64,000 bases of DNA from a virus. Below the pieces are notes generated by a model. The model was not told the DNA's origin and did not search any database. It saw only the letters and a list, made by a program, of their open reading frames with translations. The DNA is taken from positions 55,986-119,985 of IMG/VR virus record IMGVR_UViG_3300044634_002329. One strand, 5' to 3'. Shown here in pieces: positions 9,958 to 21,000 of this stretch; position 1 is the stretch's first letter; every line of letters begins with the position of its first letter. The position numbers and the translations under genes are program-made.

Positions 9958-12183
9958 ATGAAAGTTAGAATTAAAAAATTACCACAAGCAAGAACAGGAT
10001 ACCAAGTACGTGGATCATTAGTAAATGATGTACCTGCATTTGGTGGAGCTGACTATAATGCATATATTGGACAACCAGATAGTAGAGTTAGTAAAACTAT
10101 ATCTAGAGTTAAAAGAGAAGATGCTAACTTAGAAGCTGAAGGTGGAGAAACTGTTGTAGGTAATTTAGATGGTAGTATGATGCCATCATTTAAAACTATT
10201 AAAGGTCCAAGACATAGTGCAGGTGGTGTACCTTTAGATCTTCCTGATGATAGTTTTATTTTTAGTGATACAGCATCTATGAAGATTAATGATCCTCATT
10301 TACTTAAAATGTTTAATAAGCCTACAAAAAAAGGTGGGTATACTCCTGCTGAATTATCTAAGCCTTATCAAATTAATGACTATAGAAAAATTCTTCAAGA
10401 TCCAGAATCAGATTCAGTTTCTAAAAAAACTGCTGAGATGATGATTAAAAACTATACATTAAAGTTAGGAGCATTAGCATTAGCACAAGAAAGTCATAAA
10501 GGTTTTCCTCAAGGTATCCCTCTTATTGCAAGACCGTATATGAAAGCAAATGGTATTGCAGAAGAAGTATTATTACCTAAACCACAAGAACAAGAAGCTA
10601 TGGCTTCAATGCCACAAGCTCCTCAACAAATGCCAGACCAAGAACAACCTATGGCTGCTTATGGTGGTAGTATGGGTGGATATGATATGCCATTTGCTAA
10701 TGGTGGATCATTACAAGAATATCAAGATAAAGGTGAAGTAAAAGCTGAAACACCTAAGTTAACTCCTGAGCAAGAAAAAGAAGTTAAAGTAAAATGGAAT
10801 GGTGATGTTGCTGGGTATTTAAAATATAAGCAAACAGAAAATGCTATTAAAAATAATCCTGAGTTTAGAAAAAAACTTTATGAACAATATAAAAAGACTA
10901 TTGCTAATAAAGAAAATTACACAGGTGGTAAAAAAGAAAACTGGGAAAGTGCATTAAAAGATAGAACAGAAGAAGAAGTAATTAATAATTTATTAGATCA
11001 AGAACAAAGAAACTTAAGACTTAAAGCTTTTGGTCTAGATGCTTCTAAAACTGAACAAGGTAAAGTTAAAGGTTCAAATACAAATGCATCAGCTAAAAAA
11101 CTTATTGAAGAAAATAAAGAAGGTTTAGGAGATCTTGATTTTACTAGAGGTTATATTGGACAAGCAGCATATATTGCATATGATGATTTGATTAATGGTG
11201 AAAAACCAAAAGGATATGATAGAACTCAAACTGGTAAAGATGATGAGTTAAAAGGTAGACCACGTATATCTGGTATTGATAATGATAATAATAATACTAC
11301 ATTAGGTGAATTTATTAGTAGTGTTCCTAGTGTAGAATCTCCAGCTCCGTCAGTTCTTCCTGTTATTAAAAAACAAGAAGAAAAACAACCAGATCCTTAT
11401 GTACAAGAAGATGTAAATTTAACACCAGATGTACCAAGAAATCCTCAATGGTGGTTACAAGATACTGTAAATACTATGGGAGCATTTGGTGATATGTATA
11501 GTAGAAAAAAAGCTATGCCATTTGAACCAAGAGTAGATTTTGAAGAACCAAGACCAACATTTATTGATCCTACTAGAACTCTTGCTGCACAATCTGAACA
11601 AGCTAATATTGCTTCTCAAGCAGTAGGACAGTTTGCAGGAGCTCAAGGTGTCAATGCTAGACTAGCACAAATTCAAGGTCAAGGTGCTAAACAAGCAGCT
11701 GACACAATAAATAACGTTAATCAACAAAATGTAGGTATTGCTAATCAATTTGAACAAGCTCAGTCTAATATAAGAAATCAGGAGAATCAAGCTAATGCTC
11801 AAATGGCTACAAGAGTTTTTGATAAAAATGTTATTGCTAATCAACAGTTTGATAATACTAGATTAGCTGATAGAGAAAAGTTAAGACAGTCATATAATAA
11901 TGCATTAACTAATAGAGCTAAAACAGATGCTTTAAATCAAATGTACCCTAACTATCAAGTTGATCCTACAACTGGAGGATTGGTTAATTACACACCAACA
12001 GATAAAGAATTAAGTACTACAGAAGATAAAGATATTATTGCTTTTGCAAATGAGATAACAGGATTCTCACCTGAAGTACAAAAAATATTGTTGAAGAATA
12101 AATTTGGTAAAAAAGGTGGTGAATTTGCAAAAGGTGGTGCATATGTAATGGGTAGTAATGTTTTCCCTTTTATGTTTACTTAA
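9958..12183 (+). CDS. crAss-like virion cargo protein
   Basis: 741 aa. 'ANLEAEGGETV...GPRHSAGGV...FIFSD' is a pattern seen in crAss-like structural proteins. Q/N/A-rich helical C-terminal part; FANGG and FAKGG motifs. Confidence 0.6.
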   Translation: MKVRIKKLPQARTGYQVRGSLVNDVPAFGGADYNAYIGQPDSRVSKTISRVKREDANLEAEGGETVVGNLDGSMMPSFKTIKGPRHSAGGVPLDLPDDSFIFSDTASMKINDPHLLKMFNKPTKKGGYTPAELSKPYQINDYRKILQDPESDSVSKKTAEMMIKNYTLKLGALALAQESHKGFPQGIPLIARPYMKANGIAEEVLLPKPQEQEAMASMPQAPQQMPDQEQPMAAYGGSMGGYDMPFANGGSLQEYQDKGEVKAETPKLTPEQEKEVKVKWNGDVAGYLKYKQTENAIKNNPEFRKKLYEQYKKTIANKENYTGGKKENWESALKDRTEEEVINNLLDQEQRNLRLKAFGLDASKTEQGKVKGSNTNASAKKLIEENKEGLGDLDFTRGYIGQAAYIAYDDLINGEKPKGYDRTQTGKDDELKGRPRISGIDNDNNNTTLGEFISSVPSVESPAPSVLPVIKKQEEKQPDPYVQEDVNLTPDVPRNPQWWLQDTVNTMGAFGDMYSRKKAMPFEPRVDFEEPRPTFIDPTRTLAAQSEQANIASQAVGQFAGAQGVNARLAQIQGQGAKQAADTINNVNQQNVGIANQFEQAQSNIRNQENQANAQMATRVFDKNVIANQQFDNTRLADREKLRQSYNNALTNRAKTDALNQMYPNYQVDPTTGGLVNYTPTDKELSTTEDKDIIAFANEITGFSPEVQKILLKNKFGKKGGEFAKGGAYVMGSNVFPFMFT

Positions 12184-12187
12184 ACTT

Positions 12188-12230
12188 ATGAAGTTTAGTA
12201 AACTTATAAAATTTTAATATATTTACAGTA
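12188..12230 (+). promoter_or_regulatory. Putative phage promoter/operator (AAGTTTA-G-TAAACTT palindrome plus TATATTTA)
   Basis: Second copy of the motif at 7945-7990. Confidence 0.45.
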
Positions 12231-12246
12231 TAGATAACAATAAATT

Positions 12247-15099
12247 ATGGCAACGTATTTACAAGGTGTCACAGACTACATTCCTCAGTATCAGCCTTTT
12301 CAGCCTGATTTAAATTTCTATGGAAATGTATTGCAGACAAAGCAAACACAATATGATACCAATTGGAAATCTCTAAATAAAATGTATAGTCAGTATTATA
12401 ATGCTGATTTAACAAGAGATGTCAATGTAGAAAAAAAAAATAATTACTTAAAACAAATTGAGTTTAATTTACAACGTGTATCACAATTAGATTTATCATT
12501 AGAACAAAATGTAGATCAAGCAACTCAAGTTTTTAAACCATTTTATGAAGATAAAGGTTTAGTTAAAGATATGGCATGGACTAAAAACTTTAACAATAAC
12601 TATAGCAAAGCTATGTCTTTTAAAGGAGCCTATGATGAAAAACTTAGAAATCAATATTGGGATACCGGAGTAAAAGAAATGGAGTATCTTAAAGATGAGT
12701 TTAAAAATGCATCTGATGCTAAAGCTATGACATTTGGTAATGTAGAATATACACCTTATGTTAATGTAGTAGAAAAAGCACAAAAAATTGCTAAAGATGC
12801 AAACTTGTCTATTGAGTCTGTAGATTTTTCAAAAGATGGTAGATGGATTGTTAAGACTAAAAATGGAGAACAACTTACTGAACCATTAAGTAAACTATTT
12901 GAAGCTGAGTTAGGAAATGACCCAGCTGTACAATCTATATACAAAACTCAAGCATATGTAAACCGTAAGGATTATGCTTACTCTAATGCTGCACAATTTG
13001 GTGGAGATAAGGATGCTGCAGAAATGAAGTATCTTGAAAATAGTTTTAATTTACTTAAAGCTCAAACTCAACAAAGATATGTAGGTATTAAACAAAGATC
13101 TATTGCATACCAAGCACAAATTGAAGATTTAGAAAATCAAATTAAAAATGGCAATGCATCACCACAAGTTAAAACTATGCTTGCTCAATATCAAATGAAT
13201 AAAGATATTAATGATAAAGCATTAGAAAGAGTTGAAACAGAACAAAAACAAATTAATGGTGGTCAATCTAGTACTGTTACAACAACTACTGGTTTTCAAA
13301 ATCCTTATGGGGATATTGAATCATTAAGATGGAAAGTAGATAATGGTATGGCTTCTAACTTAATGCAAAAAGATTTAGATGAAGCAGCTAATATCTTTGC
13401 TTATTCTAATTCTAAAGTTGATATTGATGCTAACCCTTATGCATTAAATGATCAAAAACATGCTCAAAATATGCAAGCTGTTGCTGCTAGAAATGCAGGT
13501 TTAGCTAGAGCTGCACAAATCCGTAATCAAGGAGAAATGCAGAAAACAATTATGAAAGCTAGATTAGATGCAGGTACACATTATATAGATGAGCAAACAG
13601 GAGAGTTAAAACCATTTGAAGCATTTGAAACAACATTTGTAGATCCTAATGATAAAGGTACAGCAACAGATAAAATGAACCTTAAGAACACTAGTACAAT
13701 GATTGCTAAAATGCAAACAGATAATGTTGCTAAACCTTACTTACAAAATACTTTATCTTTAATTGAAAGACTAGTAGATCAAAAAGTAATGACTAAAGCA
13801 GATGCTGCAAACATTTTAGGACATAGTAAAAATCCTAAAATGGATTATAAAACTTTTTCAGAAAGATTAAATAGTAATCCTTATACATTTATACGTAGTA
13901 CTATTGGAGCTCAAGACTTAGCTAAGATTAGATATAAAATGGGTACATGGTTAGGTGCCAATGGTCAACTTTCTGGTTTAACTGGTGAAGAATTTGCTAA
14001 TTATAAAAAATCAGCAGTAGCATTTGGTGATTATACTAAGTATCTTGAGGCAGATCAATCTTGGAGAAAATCTACTTCTAAAGAAGTTACTGCAGAATTA
14101 AAACATCAAGGTTTTAAAGCAGCATCACAATTGTATAATGAAAAAGGTGAATTAAGAAGTAAAAAAGAATTTAATAATGCAATTAGTCATTTAGGGTTAA
14201 GTGGTGATTATGATGAAATGGTATCTGCAGCAGGTGCAGTATATACATCTGGTAGAGTTAAAAAAGCTCCTCCAGGAATTGCTTCATTAGGAACAATGGA
14301 AGGAACCGGTAAATTTACTCCAGGTACAACAAGTATATATGTAAATCCTAAAGCTCATGGTACTAAAAGTTCTGCAATATTTGGTGAGGTAGTAAATGAC
14401 TTAAACAAATTTGATTGGGGAGCTACAGATAAAAACCGTGTTACATTTGATGGAATTAGTAAAACATCTTTTGATAAAAGAGCTGAAGAAGGATTTAGAA
14501 ATGAAGAAGGTAAAGCTTTATTAAATGCAATCAGAGGTGAAATGAATAACCCTAAAACAAAAATGGGTAATTTTAAAATTGGGGTATCTCCAGTTGCTGC
14601 CGGTACATTAAATAAAGCTGCTATTATTATTCATCCAGATGCTGAATGGTTAAAAAGTAAAGTATTTACAACAAATTCTAAAGGTGAAAAAACCGGTACC
14701 GGAATGATTAGTGCTGCACAATATGATCTTATCATGAAAAATGGTATATCATATATTACAGATTCTAAAAGTATCAATGGTAATAGTTTATACAAAAGTG
14801 CATATCAATCACCATTACAATCTTACGTAGATTATAAAGGTAGTTATACGTATGAAGACCCTGCAGATAATAGATATAAATACACTATTTCTAAAAGTAC
14901 AGTAGGTTCAGGTGATTATAAAACCACTATACAATATCCTTTATGGAATGCTGAACTAGGTAAAGAAACTATACATGTTATGTCTGAAAATGTTTCTACT
15001 CAAGGTAATAATTTAGAAATGAATAGGGATGATTATGCATTTTCTACTATTCCAGAAATAATGACATCAAATAAAGAAAGATATAATGGCAACTACTAA
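12247..15099 (+). CDS. Large putative ejected cargo protein
   Basis: 950 aa, helical, no Cys seen, first of the large-gene cluster leading to the virion RNAP. Confidence 0.55.
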   Translation: MATYLQGVTDYIPQYQPFQPDLNFYGNVLQTKQTQYDTNWKSLNKMYSQYYNADLTRDVNVEKKNNYLKQIEFNLQRVSQLDLSLEQNVDQATQVFKPFYEDKGLVKDMAWTKNFNNNYSKAMSFKGAYDEKLRNQYWDTGVKEMEYLKDEFKNASDAKAMTFGNVEYTPYVNVVEKAQKIAKDANLSIESVDFSKDGRWIVKTKNGEQLTEPLSKLFEAELGNDPAVQSIYKTQAYVNRKDYAYSNAAQFGGDKDAAEMKYLENSFNLLKAQTQQRYVGIKQRSIAYQAQIEDLENQIKNGNASPQVKTMLAQYQMNKDINDKALERVETEQKQINGGQSSTVTTTTGFQNPYGDIESLRWKVDNGMASNLMQKDLDEAANIFAYSNSKVDIDANPYALNDQKHAQNMQAVAARNAGLARAAQIRNQGEMQKTIMKARLDAGTHYIDEQTGELKPFEAFETTFVDPNDKGTATDKMNLKNTSTMIAKMQTDNVAKPYLQNTLSLIERLVDQKVMTKADAANILGHSKNPKMDYKTFSERLNSNPYTFIRSTIGAQDLAKIRYKMGTWLGANGQLSGLTGEEFANYKKSAVAFGDYTKYLEADQSWRKSTSKEVTAELKHQGFKAASQLYNEKGELRSKKEFNNAISHLGLSGDYDEMVSAAGAVYTSGRVKKAPPGIASLGTMEGTGKFTPGTTSIYVNPKAHGTKSSAIFGEVVNDLNKFDWGATDKNRVTFDGISKTSFDKRAEEGFRNEEGKALLNAIRGEMNNPKTKMGNFKIGVSPVAAGTLNKAAIIIHPDAEWLKSKVFTTNSKGEKTGTGMISAAQYDLIMKNGISYITDSKSINGNSLYKSAYQSPLQSYVDYKGSYTYEDPADNRYKYTISKSTVGSGDYKTTIQYPLWNAELGKETIHVMSENVSTQGNNLEMNRDDYAFSTIPEIMTSNKERYNGNY

Positions 15100-18000
15100 T
15101 GAAGAAACATTTAGTTCTTTGGATCCACTTGGTCCTGAGTATGGAAACATTAATCAACCAACTTTAGATAATCAAGGTTTATCGGCATTTGAAGGAGAAA
15201 GAATAAGAGATAAACAAATTAATTTTCCAACACCTCAAAGATTTACTCCTATAGCACCAGGATTAAATAATCTTGAATCACCTAATCAAAATGTTAGGAG
15301 AAATGTTGTAAACTCTGCACCAAATAAACCAGGTATAAATAAAAATAGTTCTCATCAAGATCTTGTTAATGGTATCAATGCTAAATTAAGAGCTAAGATT
15401 CAAACTAATCAAGATAAGAATTCTTATGCTAAAATCTATTCATATGATGCCGGCCCAGATGCTAATGCATTCTATAAAAGATATCAAGCATATGGACAAG
15501 AAACATTTGATAAGATTGGATTTTCTCCTTTAAGAGATAATGAAGCTTTATTTAATTCTCGTACAACAATGTGGGATGATCATGTTAGAATGATGAAACA
15601 TTCATTCTGGCCTTTATTTTCACAAGGTTTTACTGCAGGTCCAAAGAGTTTAATGAAAATGTTTAGTGGGGATTTTACTAGTTCAGATCTAGAAGAATCA
15701 AAAGCTTATGAAGAAGCAGCTGCTATAGGACAATCTAATAAAGGTGGTATAGGAGGGTTTACAAATAACCTTTTAATGAACTTTGCATACAGTGCAGGTA
15801 TCATGACTGAAGCTGTAGTAGAAGAAGTAGCTGGTATATTATTGGCTCCAGAAACATTAGGTGCCAGTTTATTTTTAACAACAGCTAACAATTTAAGAAA
15901 AGTTGGTAAAATTGCTAAAGGTGTTGATAGAGCTATTGATGGTATGAAAGCTGTTAATACTACTTTAAAATCTGTAGATAATTTTTCTAGTGCTAAAAAG
16001 TTTTGGGAAAGTACAAAAGCATTATCATCATCTTCATTTAATCCATTAAAAAATACTTTGCAAGGATTTAAAGATGCTCAAGGTACATTAAAAATTGGTA
16101 GTGAAATAAACAACTTTACTAATCTAGGTAAAGCATATAAAACTGCAGGTGGGTTTTATAAAGATGTCCGTAATATAAATATGGCTTTATCTGAAGCTAG
16201 ATTAGAAGCCGGGACAGTTGAAAATAAAATTTATGATAATTTATATAATGAATATTATAAAGAACATGGTACTTCTCCTGATGATGCACAACAATATGAA
16301 ATGATTAAACAAGCTAAGAAAGGAGCTGTTAATACTTTATATTGGAATACTGCATTAATCTATGGATCTAATACTATTACTTTTCCAAACATTGTAGGAC
16401 CAAAAGGAGGTCTTAACAACTTTATGAAAAATACAGTTAAAGAATTACAAACTGTAGAGGGTGGTAAGTTTGGCAAATTAGGTAGCATTGTATATGATAA
16501 AGCTAAAAAACAATTTGAATTTCAAGCTAATGACTTTAAAACCTATGTAAAAAACTGGGCTAAACAACCAGTATATAAATCTTTAAAAAGTACATTAGGA
16601 TATACTAAAGCTAATTTTACTGAGGGGGTACAAGAAAGCTTACAAGAGATTATCTCTGGAGCAAATGAAAGATACTATACAGATTCATTTAAAAGTCCTG
16701 TAATACAGTCTCACACATATGCTAAAGGTATATCTCAATATAACTCTATGACACAAGGAGATTATATGATGGCTGAAGCTAAAAAACAAATGTCTTCACA
16801 AGGTCTTGAAACATTTGCATCAGGATTTTTTATGGGTACATTAGCTTCACCAATTAATAAATCATTTGACTTTTTATCAGTAGGTTATAACAGAATGTTT
16901 AAACCTGAAGTATTTCAACAATACAAAGCAGAAAAAGAAAAAATTGCTACAGATACTGTAAAAAAATTAAATGAAATTGATATGAAAGATTTCTTTGATA
17001 CAAGGATGTTTAATTATGGTGTACAAGATGCAGTTAGTTCTATTAAAAAAACTGGTACAACTAAAGAAGCACATGATGCTGATCATGATGGTTTTATGTC
17101 TCAAATGGACATGTTAATGAGAACTGGTACATTAGATGTATTTAAAGATAAACTAAAAGAAATGCAACAAATGTCTCCAGAAGAAGTTGAAGAAAATATT
17201 CCAACTATACCAAAAGAAGAAGCAAAGAAATACCAAGCTAGAATTGATGACACATTAACTAAAATTGATAGAATAGAAAAAAGAAGAGATTATTATAATC
17301 AAAAGTTTCCTAATCCTGTTGATATTGAAAATGTTGATGCTAGTAATGTTATGCAGTATGAAGATGATGTAGCATTACACTATGCATGGAATGATGCAAT
17401 TAAACATGCTGTATATTTCAATGAAACATTTGAAGATACTATGCAAAGAAAAAAAGATATTGTATCTAGGTATTTATCTAAAACCCCATTAAAAGGAATG
17501 AGTCAAATTGACTCAGAAGTTTTATTTGATGGTAATAAATTAAATAATGAAATAATGATGCTTACTGATGAAGTTGCAGCATTAAAAGATTTAGATGATC
17601 CTCAAAGTAAAAAACAATTAAAAGAAAAATCTAAAAAACTTGAAGCATATGAAATTTTAAGTGATGCTAGTAATAACTTTAAAAATTTCTTTAATAGATA
17701 TGATAATACTGAAAAACTTAAAGCAAAGTTACAAAAAGAAAAAGGTGAAAAACCTGTAACAGATGAAGAATTAGAAAAAGCTCTTGATGAACAATATGGA
17801 GAATTTTCTGAAGAAAACATAGGATTATATTATGCTAACTATGCTAATGGATATAAGAAGTATTTAAAGATGATTTCTAATGATGATGATATGTTGTTTG
17901 ATCAAGACATACAAGAATCATTTATATTATTAGCAGATCATCACAAACTAGATAAAGAATCTAGAAAATTAATGAGTTATGTAAATTTACTACATGACCC

Positions 18001-21000
18001 AAATGGTTTTATTCAACAAGTTGAAAGAACTAAAGAATGGATGAAAGATCTTTATAGAAGAAGAGAAAGTTACTATAAAGAAATGGTTGACAGAGAACTT
18101 GATAATGTAGAGGATAATACATTAATGAATGCTTTAGCTGATGTTGGTATTTATATGAGTGCAGAAGACTATGCTAATTATAGTGATAATGGAATACCAC
18201 CAAAAGAATTTGTTGACAATGTAAACAAGATGGTTTACAAAAGAGGTACTCAAAAGTATAATGAAATATACAATGAATACTTAGAAAAAAAAGATAGTTT
18301 AAAAGCAAGTAAAGTAAAAAAGAAAACCGGAACTAGTACATTAAAAGATACATTTAATAAAAAACTTGAAGAGATAAATAAAAAGGAACAAGAAGAATTA
18401 AATGCATTAGCTAAATCTAAAACAAGAGCTGATGTAAAAACTTTTGAAACTAATAGTATTAATATTACAGATACTGAATTTATTAAATCTCAACTAGAAC
18501 CAGAACAATATGTAGAATTAAAATACCCAGAGAATCCAAAACTTAATAAAATTTTCTTTTTGGATAAAGATGGTGTATTAAAATATGATGATGTTAATGG
18601 TGTACCAGTTGATGAATTAGATGCAGATTTTACACAATCTGGTGCATATGAAGCTACGGTATTCAAATATACAGAAGCTGTAGATCCTGAACTTAAAAAA
18701 GAAATTCAAGATAAATATCAAAAACAAAGAGATGAAATTCTTAAAGAGTATAATAAAGATATTACATATGAAGGAGAAGAAGGAGAATTTACACCTATTC
18801 CTGAAAATGTAACAGGAGATCAAATAAAAAAAGAGCATGCTAATTTTTATCAAAAAGAAATATTACCTCTGTTTAATGCTTATCTTGAAAAAACATATCC
18901 TGATATAAATGATAGATTAAATATATTTGAAGAAGAAGAAAATGAAATATTAACTGAGTTTATTAAAACTCCTGATATTCAAGCTATTATTAAAGCTTAC
19001 AATGTTAAAAATTCTCCAGTTGAAGATAAAGCAGATTATATTTTAGAATTTAAAGGAGTTAAAACTGATACTAGTAAAGCAAGTATTGATGATCTTAAAG
19101 CTTTAATTATTAAAATTGAAAATGAAATAGAGAGTTTAAAAAATAATACTACTACAAATTTTTCTAAAAATATAATTGAACTAGAAACTGAGTTAACTAA
19201 TTTAAGAGGAGTAATAAAAGGTAGAGCACAAAAAAAATATACACCAGAACAAAAAGCAGCTATTGAAAATGTTAAAAGATTACAGGCATTAAATAAAAAA
19301 TCTGTTGAGGCCGGTGTAGTATTAGAACAAGATGACACTGTTACTGGTTTAAAGAAAGGTGCTATAGCTTACAGAATCAATGGTAAGTTTCATAGACGTG
19401 TAAGTAATGTTGTAGATAAACTTAAAAAAGAAGGTTATAATTATACATCTGAAAAAGATGTAAGAGATGCTTATGCTGAAACTATAGAAGTTGAAGGTTT
19501 AACTAATGATTCAGTTGATAAATTTATTGATGAATTAATTAAAAGAAATATTGCTGGTAGTGATGGTATATTTTTTGAAAAATTAAGATCAAGATTAAAA
19601 TCAATGGTTGTTGAACCTGTTGATGTACAAATTAAAAATTTACAAAAACAAATTGCAGAATTAAATACTAAAATAGCTGATGCAAAACTTAAAGATGAAA
19701 CAGTTAAAGAACAACAATATATAACAGCTAAAGAAAAAATTGCTGAAGAGATTATTGCACTTGAAATGAGTCAACCTAGTAATGATCAATCTGACATAGA
19801 AGCTAAAAAAGCTGAATTAAAAAAACAAATTGAAGCTTTACCTGATGATATGATTTACGGTGCTCATGTCACTCAAGATCAAGTTGCTCAAGATATATTT
19901 AATAGTCAATTTGAATATAGTTTAGGTACAGGTTTACAAGGAACAATAGGTTTAACTAGTAAAAAAGGTCTTTTAACTTTAATGAATAATTTATTAGATG
20001 GAAATTCACCACATAGAAATCAATTTGGAGTATTTATTACAGCTTGGCCTAAATCTGAGTTTGGAGAAACAACAATAAATAATAAAGTTGATTTGGATAA
20101 AATTGAATCTGACATGTTAGATAATTATCCAGAAATGAGTGAAGGTAAAATCCCAACTAAATTTAATTTCGGCTATTTTAAAAATGGTAAATTATTTACT
20201 AATAATGATAAAACAGTCACAGAAGAACCAGTAACACCAGGTCAAAATAAAACTAATCATGATGATATAGTTAAAATGCTAGATTCTAACTTAAAAGTAA
20301 AAGGTGTTATTAATCAAGTAGAGGGTAGTACTGGAGTATCAATGTCATTAGACTATTGGGATAAAAATAAAAAAGTAATTTTTTATAATCATGACCGTAC
20401 TGTCACACCAGAAGATTATGGTAAAGAAGTTGAATTAAGACTAATTCCTGTTTATCAAACAGAAGATGGTAAAGTTTTTAATAATGCAATTGAAGTATGG
20501 CAAGGTGATAGATTTTTAGGATTAGTTGCAGAAACTGATTATGTCACACCTAAAGAAGAAAAAAATCTTGTTGAAGATGTATTAGAATTGATTTCTGAAA
20601 ATACTTATGCAGATAGTAGAACTGCAGGTAACTATATAGACAAAGCTGTAAAAGATTTATTTAGTAAAGGTATCCAACCAAAATTTGTTGAAGGAGCTAT
20701 TACAAGAGAAGCTTATGACTCTTTGTTTGGACCTGATGGATATCTTACAGAATTAAAAAATCAAGCTGATAACGGTGATATATTTATTGCTAGTGACAAT
20801 TTAGTAGTATGGGATTCTGATATTATTTTACCAAATAAGGCTAAAGATAGAATAGCCGGAGAAATAGATTTACTTATTGTAGATAAAGATGGTACTACTA
20901 GAATTGTAGATATTAAAACAGGTGAACAAAGAACTTGGAACATATTTAATTCTACTCAAACAAAAGAAAATACACCAGTATTTGCTAAAAGAGAATCTTT

